This document shows positions 34,251 to 38,658 of a stretch of DNA of 38,658 nucleotides, piece by piece. Origin of the DNA: Octopus bimaculoides (Eukaryota). The notes below the pieces were generated by a model. The model was given only the letters and a program-made list of their open reading frames with translations, ran no database searches and was not told where the DNA came from. The first letter of the stretch is position 1. Each line of letters begins with the position of its first letter. A program made the translations under genes and the position numbers. Where the stretch lies: the NCBI RefSeq assembly GCF_001194135.2, contig NC_068983.1:118747798-118786455 (forward strand). Direction: 5' to 3'.

Positions 34251-35324
34251 CCGACTTGCACGATATAGGTAAGAGGATGACTGATTCTGTTCTAAATACA
34301 TTCCTTCACAGCCGTCATAAAAAACGCAAACCGACAACTCGCAACGACCACTCAAGAAAAAAGTCATCCTNNNNNNNNNNNNNNNNNNNNNNNNNNNNNN
34401 NNNNNNNNNNNNNNNNNNNNNNNNNNNNNNNNNNNNNNNNNNNNNNNNNNNNNNNNNNNNNNNNNNNNNNNNNNNNNNNNNNNNNNNNNNNNNNNNNNNN
34501 NNNNNNNNNNNNNNNNNNNNNNNNNNNNNNNNNNNNNNNNNNNNNNNNNNNNNNNNNNNNNNNNNNNNNNNNNNNNNNNNNNNNNNNNNNNNNNNNNNNN
34601 NNNNNNNNNNNNNNNNNNNNNNNNNNNNNNNNNNNNNNNNNNNNNNNNNNNNNNNNNNNNNNNNNNNNNNNNNNNNNNNNNNNNNNNNNNNNNNNNNNNN
34701 NNNNNNNNNNNNNNNNNNNNNNNNNNNNNNNNNNNNNNNNNNNNNNNNNNNNNNNNNNNNNNNNNNNNNNNNNNNNNNNNNNNNNNNNNNNNNNNNNNNN
34801 NNNNNNNNNNNNNNNNNNNNNNNNNNNNNNNNNNNNNNNNNNNNNNNNNNNNNNNNNNNNNNNNNNNNNNNNNNNNNNNNNNNNNNNNNNNNNNNNNNNN
34901 NNNNNNNNNNNNNNNNNNNNNNNNNNNNNNNNNNNNNNNNNNNNNNNNNNNNNNNNNNNNNNNNNNNNNNNNNNNNNNNNNNNNNNNNNNNNNNNNNNNN
35001 NNNNNNNNNNNNNNNNNNNNNNNNNNNNNNNNNNNNNNNNNNNNNNNNNNNNNNNNNNNNNNNNNNNNNNNNNNNNNNNNNNNNNNNNNNNNNNNNNNNN
35101 NNNNNNNNNNNNNNNNNNNNNNNNNNNNNNNNNNNNNNNNNNNNNNNNNNNNNNNNNNNNNNNNNNNNNNNNNNNNNNNNNNNNNNNNNNNNNNNNNNNN
35201 NNNNNNNNNNNNNNNNNNNNNNNNNNNNNNNNNNNNNNNNNNNNNNNNNNNNNNNNNNNNNNNNNNNNNNNNNNNNNNNNNNNNNNNNNNNNNNNNNNNN
35301 NNNNNNNNNNNNNNNNNNNNNNNN

Positions 35325-35545
35325 ACAGAATTTCTCGGAAGCACGCTGTTCCTTCCTGTCAGCCATCGCAAAAATCGACGAACAAGGGAGGAGTACTGCC
35401 AAAGGCGCACTACGTGGCAGTACGACGCCGGTTGGTAGACTGATGCCTGAGGGTCGTATCAAGTGGCTTCTAGTGGCGGAAGCGCGAACTACAACAAGCT
35501 TGCCCCAAAAGAACGTTTCCGGTTCCTTTGGGGTACCCCTCCGTA
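35325..35545 (-). mobile_element. Mariner element 5' end (TIR, UTR, transposase start), continuing into the N gap
   Basis: TA then cggaggggtaccccaaaggaaccggaa. ATG at 35366 gives MADRKEQRASEKFC, resembling the mariner N-terminal EQR..IKFC motif. Confidence 0.75.
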
Positions 35546-35583
35546 AATAACAAGAGTTATTTACGGAGGGGTACCCAAAAAAC

Positions 35584-36969
35584 TGCCACAGCTGTGAGAC
35601 CGGTGTGATACTGGGATCTTATTTTCGTCAAAATCATCTTGCACTGCAATTAAGTTATAATCTGTGATCATTTCATCGATTTCGCTATCCGCGAGGGAAA
35701 TATTTTGTAACACATCATCTTCGACTTGCAATTGCGCTTGCCTAGCTCGCAGTCGTGCCCGAGTGTTATAGGTGTGTTTGGTAGCTCTAACTGTAGGAGA
35801 GCTTCTCCTTGGTCGACGTGCTGCGGTATTGTTCTCTTGTTCTGCATCTCTGACAGCCGGATTTAGCCTATAGCCTACTTGATCGACGTGCTGAGGTATT
35901 TCTTTGTTGCTCAGAGTCTCTCACTTCTATATTTTGGCGCTTTGCACTCCGTGCTTCTGTATCTCTTTCTTGTTCGGCTTGTCTGTACGCTTCGTCCGAC
36001 CGAGTCCTACTGGCAGAAGCAGCATTTCTTGTTTTTCTCCCAATTAACGATTTCCGTTTTGGTGTCATGATCTGACACGAATAAAATAATAAATGAGCAA
36101 CATAAAAAATCTTTTGTTACATTTTAATTAACGTGTAATATAATGCACGCATATCTTGTCATTCACTGTTTTATACACCGTAGTATGAAACATAGTAGGA
36201 AAACTTACCCGAGCAAAAATCCTAAGTGTTGACTGTGGACACGCTCCTTCGCAAATGATCAGATATGTTTCGAAATTGTTCATGTGTTCGAAAGGAGAGA
36301 TGTGACTCTCACACTCAGTGTAAGAGGCCCAGGTTGCCAAAGTTACTTCATTCGACAATATTACTCAATAGAGCGAGANNNNNNNNNNNNNNNNNNNNNN
36401 NNNNNNNNNNNNNNNNNNNNNNNNNNNNNNNNNNNNNNNNNNNNNNNNNNNNNNNNNNNNNNNNNNNNNNNNNNNNNNNNNNNNNNNNNNNNNNNNNNNN
36501 NNNNNNNNNNNNNNNNNNNNNNNNNNNNNNNNNNNNNNNNNNNNNNNNNNNGGGGAGGATGCAAGGGGAGGAAGAGGTGGTCAGACTGATCTTTGGGGGA
36601 GAAGGTAGGCCTCTCTATTCCTCTTACAAAACTTACCTCCAGGTGCCAAATTTGCCTCAATTGATGGTATTACTCAGTTAGAGGGGGATGGGTGGGACAG
36701 GGGCAGGAGCAAAAGGAGGAGATCAAGCATGTCCCTTTAGGAGGGTATAGGCCATCCTATTCCTTCTGCCAAAGTTATCTCCGGGTGCCAAAGTTACCGC
36801 AATTGATGGAATTTCTCTGAAAATAGGGGGTGGGGAGGGACTAAACCTATATATAAACCACCCTAGATACCCCCGAACACCCCTACAAAGTTGATGCCGA
36901 TCGGCCCAACCGTTTGGCCGTGCTGTGAGTACAAACGGACGGACGGATATTACGCCGATTATAGTATGA
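35584..36969 (-). mobile_element. Helitron 5' part with decayed Rep/Hel N-terminus
   Basis: A|TC 5' terminus at 36969 (atcatactataat), (CCGT)n tract and cacggccaaacggttgggccgat as in Helitron 5' ends. ORF from 36068 (MTPKRKSLIGRKTRNA) has repeated R..EQ.RNT.ARR motifs and continues after a frameshift to FDEN..V.H..HSCGS. Confidence 0.65.
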
Positions 36970-37536
36970 TATATATATTTCTCACTTATAAAGAAAGAAG
37001 TATTTTATGGATCAATAAATCCTTTACTCGTAATTTGCATTATTTCTGCAAGGAAAAAAAAGCCATAAGAAATGTAACACTTTTACAGTTGTTAGCATTC
37101 TTTTTCTGCAATATTCTAGGTAACAAACGTTTTACTCATATAGATATAAATATTGTTAAGAGGACAGGAAGCATTAGAAAAATGTCACAGATTTAGTCAC
37201 TGGTTAGAAAGACAGCGAAGGCGGATAAATCATTGGGCTTGGTGTTATGTTGTCACTTCATTCTTCACGGCTTTATCATATTTTTGCAAGAATAACAAAC
37301 ACACAAGGAAAAAAAATGCCTTTGTATAGGGCAAACGCCTAAATCTTCTAGTTTGCTAAATTTGCTTATCTATTTTTAACGAACATTGTCGTCCTGATCA
37401 ACAACTTTAAAAATACTTTCATTGTCATTTAACGTATCAGTTGTCCAAACTATTCAGGCCACCAACACTCCTAATCGGAAGAGTAATTAATTTGACAAAT
37501 AGTCGGCTTATTTAACCATTCTTACGGCTATATGTC

Positions 37537-37695
37537 TATGAGGGGGTGCTTTGGGTAAAAGAAAATACAGGAGGATCAATTAATTTATTCAGTATAGTCC
37601 ACTTTCAGATGCATACACTTATTGCAGTGGTCCTTCAGTTTTTCTAGGCCAGGCAAAGGAATTCGGAAAGTTGAGCCTTCAACAAGGCCTTTCGC
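37537..37695 (-). mobile_element. Mariner 3' fragment
   Basis: TIR-like tatgagggggtgct at 37537. Minus strand reads AQLSEF (frameshift) GLEKLKDHCNKCMHLKVDYTE*, matching mariner transposase C-termini. Confidence 0.7.
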
Positions 37696-38141
37696 ATATC
37701 TTGTCATTCACTGTTTTATACACCGTAGTATGAAACATAGTAGGAAAACTTACCCGAGCAAAAATCCTAAGTGTTGACTGTGGACACGCTCCTTCGCNNN
37801 NNNNNNNNNNNNNNNNNNNNNNNNNNNNNNNNNNNNNNNNNNNNNNNNNNNNNNNNNNNNNNNNNNNNNNNNNNNNNNNNNNNNNNNNNNNNNNNNNNNN
37901 NNNNNNNNNNNNNNNNNNNNNGATATGTTTCGAAATTGTTCATGTGTTCGAAAGGAGAGATGTGACTCTCACACTCAGTGTAGGAGGCCCAGGTTGCCAA
38001 AGTTACTTCATTCGACAATATTACTCAATAGAGCGAGAAGGGGTTGGGTGGGGTGTTGAGGGGGAGGATGCAAGGGGAGGAAGAGGTGGTCAGACTGATC
38101 TTTGGGAGAGAAGGTAGGCCTCTCTATTCCTCTTACAAAAC
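37693..38141 (+). repeat. Near-identical direct copy of 36148-36632 (Helitron 5' UTR segment)
   Basis: The readable parts match apart from two substitutions that I could see (taagagg/taggagg, ttggggg/ttgggag); the gaps fall at different places in the two copies. Confidence 0.93.
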
Positions 38142-38142
38142 A

Positions 38143-38302
38143 GGAAGAGTACAGCAGGGTTCGCCACTATCTCCTGCCGGAGCCACGTGGAGCTTTAGGT
38201 GTTTTTGCTCAATAAACACTCACAACGCCCGGTTTGGGAATCGAAGCCGCGATCCTATGATCGCGAGTCCACTGCCCTAACCACTGGGCCATTGTTCCTC
38301 CA
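38143..38302 (-). mobile_element. tRNA-derived SINE (separate family)
   Basis: Minus strand: gtggaggaacaatggcccagtggttagggcagtggactcgcgatcataggatcgcggcttcgattccc, with A and B boxes. Confidence 0.8.
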
Positions 38303-38510
38303 CTCTCTCTTATACGTACATCAGTCACATAGACACAAATACACACACACAGTTACTACCACACGCACACACTGGCCGTTTTCGCACTTTCCTGCCTTCA
38401 AAATTCACTTGTCCTATCTTTCTTCACTTTCGGTTACTTCAACTATGTAATGGCATATCTACTTTTCTTGAACTACTCTTTCTCTTCCCTCTAGACTTTT
38501 CCGCTTGTCC

Positions 38511-38545
38511 TTTTTCTGACAAAGAGCCATACTCGAAACGTCACC
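38511..38545 (+). ncRNA. Minimal hammerhead-ribozyme-like motif (decayed), same family as 13311
   Basis: ctgacaa (CUGANGA with G8 to A), extra a, stem II gag-ccata-ctc, gaaa, c-gtc; downstream gagcgtcagcctaatac shared with the other copies. Confidence 0.6.
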
Positions 38546-38604
38546 CCCCCTTTTTTTCCATCTTAAACTGAGCGTCAGCCTAATACATTCACTGTGTATG
38601 TCCT

Positions 38605-38607
<3 letters not shown>

Positions 38608-38658
<51 letters not shown>
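38608..38658 (+). repeat. (CA)n microsatellite to the window end
   Basis: Directly visible. Confidence 0.98.

Overview
This is AT-rich eukaryotic, repeat-saturated DNA from a gapped draft assembly, with N-runs mostly next to microsatellites. I recognise no host protein-coding exon, rRNA, intact tRNA gene or CRISPR array. The SINE families, microsatellite load and transposon mix suggest an invertebrate, most likely an octopod cephalopod (inference from recalled repeat patterns, not a search result). The window is a mosaic of decayed mobile elements. These are an R4/Dong-like REL-endonuclease LINE, two L1/Tx1-like LINEs, a Penelope-like element (PLE) with an inverted terminal copy, about 15 tRNA-derived SINEs, hAT/Charlie, mariner and Chapaev-like DNA transposon remnants, a Helitron 5' part and a Helentron-type non-autonomous element. 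The most notable structure is the PLE terminal repeat, which carries a tRNA-like Pol III head directly upstream of a minimal hammerhead-ribozyme motif. A second dispersed repeat family also carries a minimal hammerhead motif (three decayed copies). Two unrelated inverted-repeat elements each enclose an interstitial TTAGGG-type array. All protein assignments are from motif recognition in translation; no database search was run.
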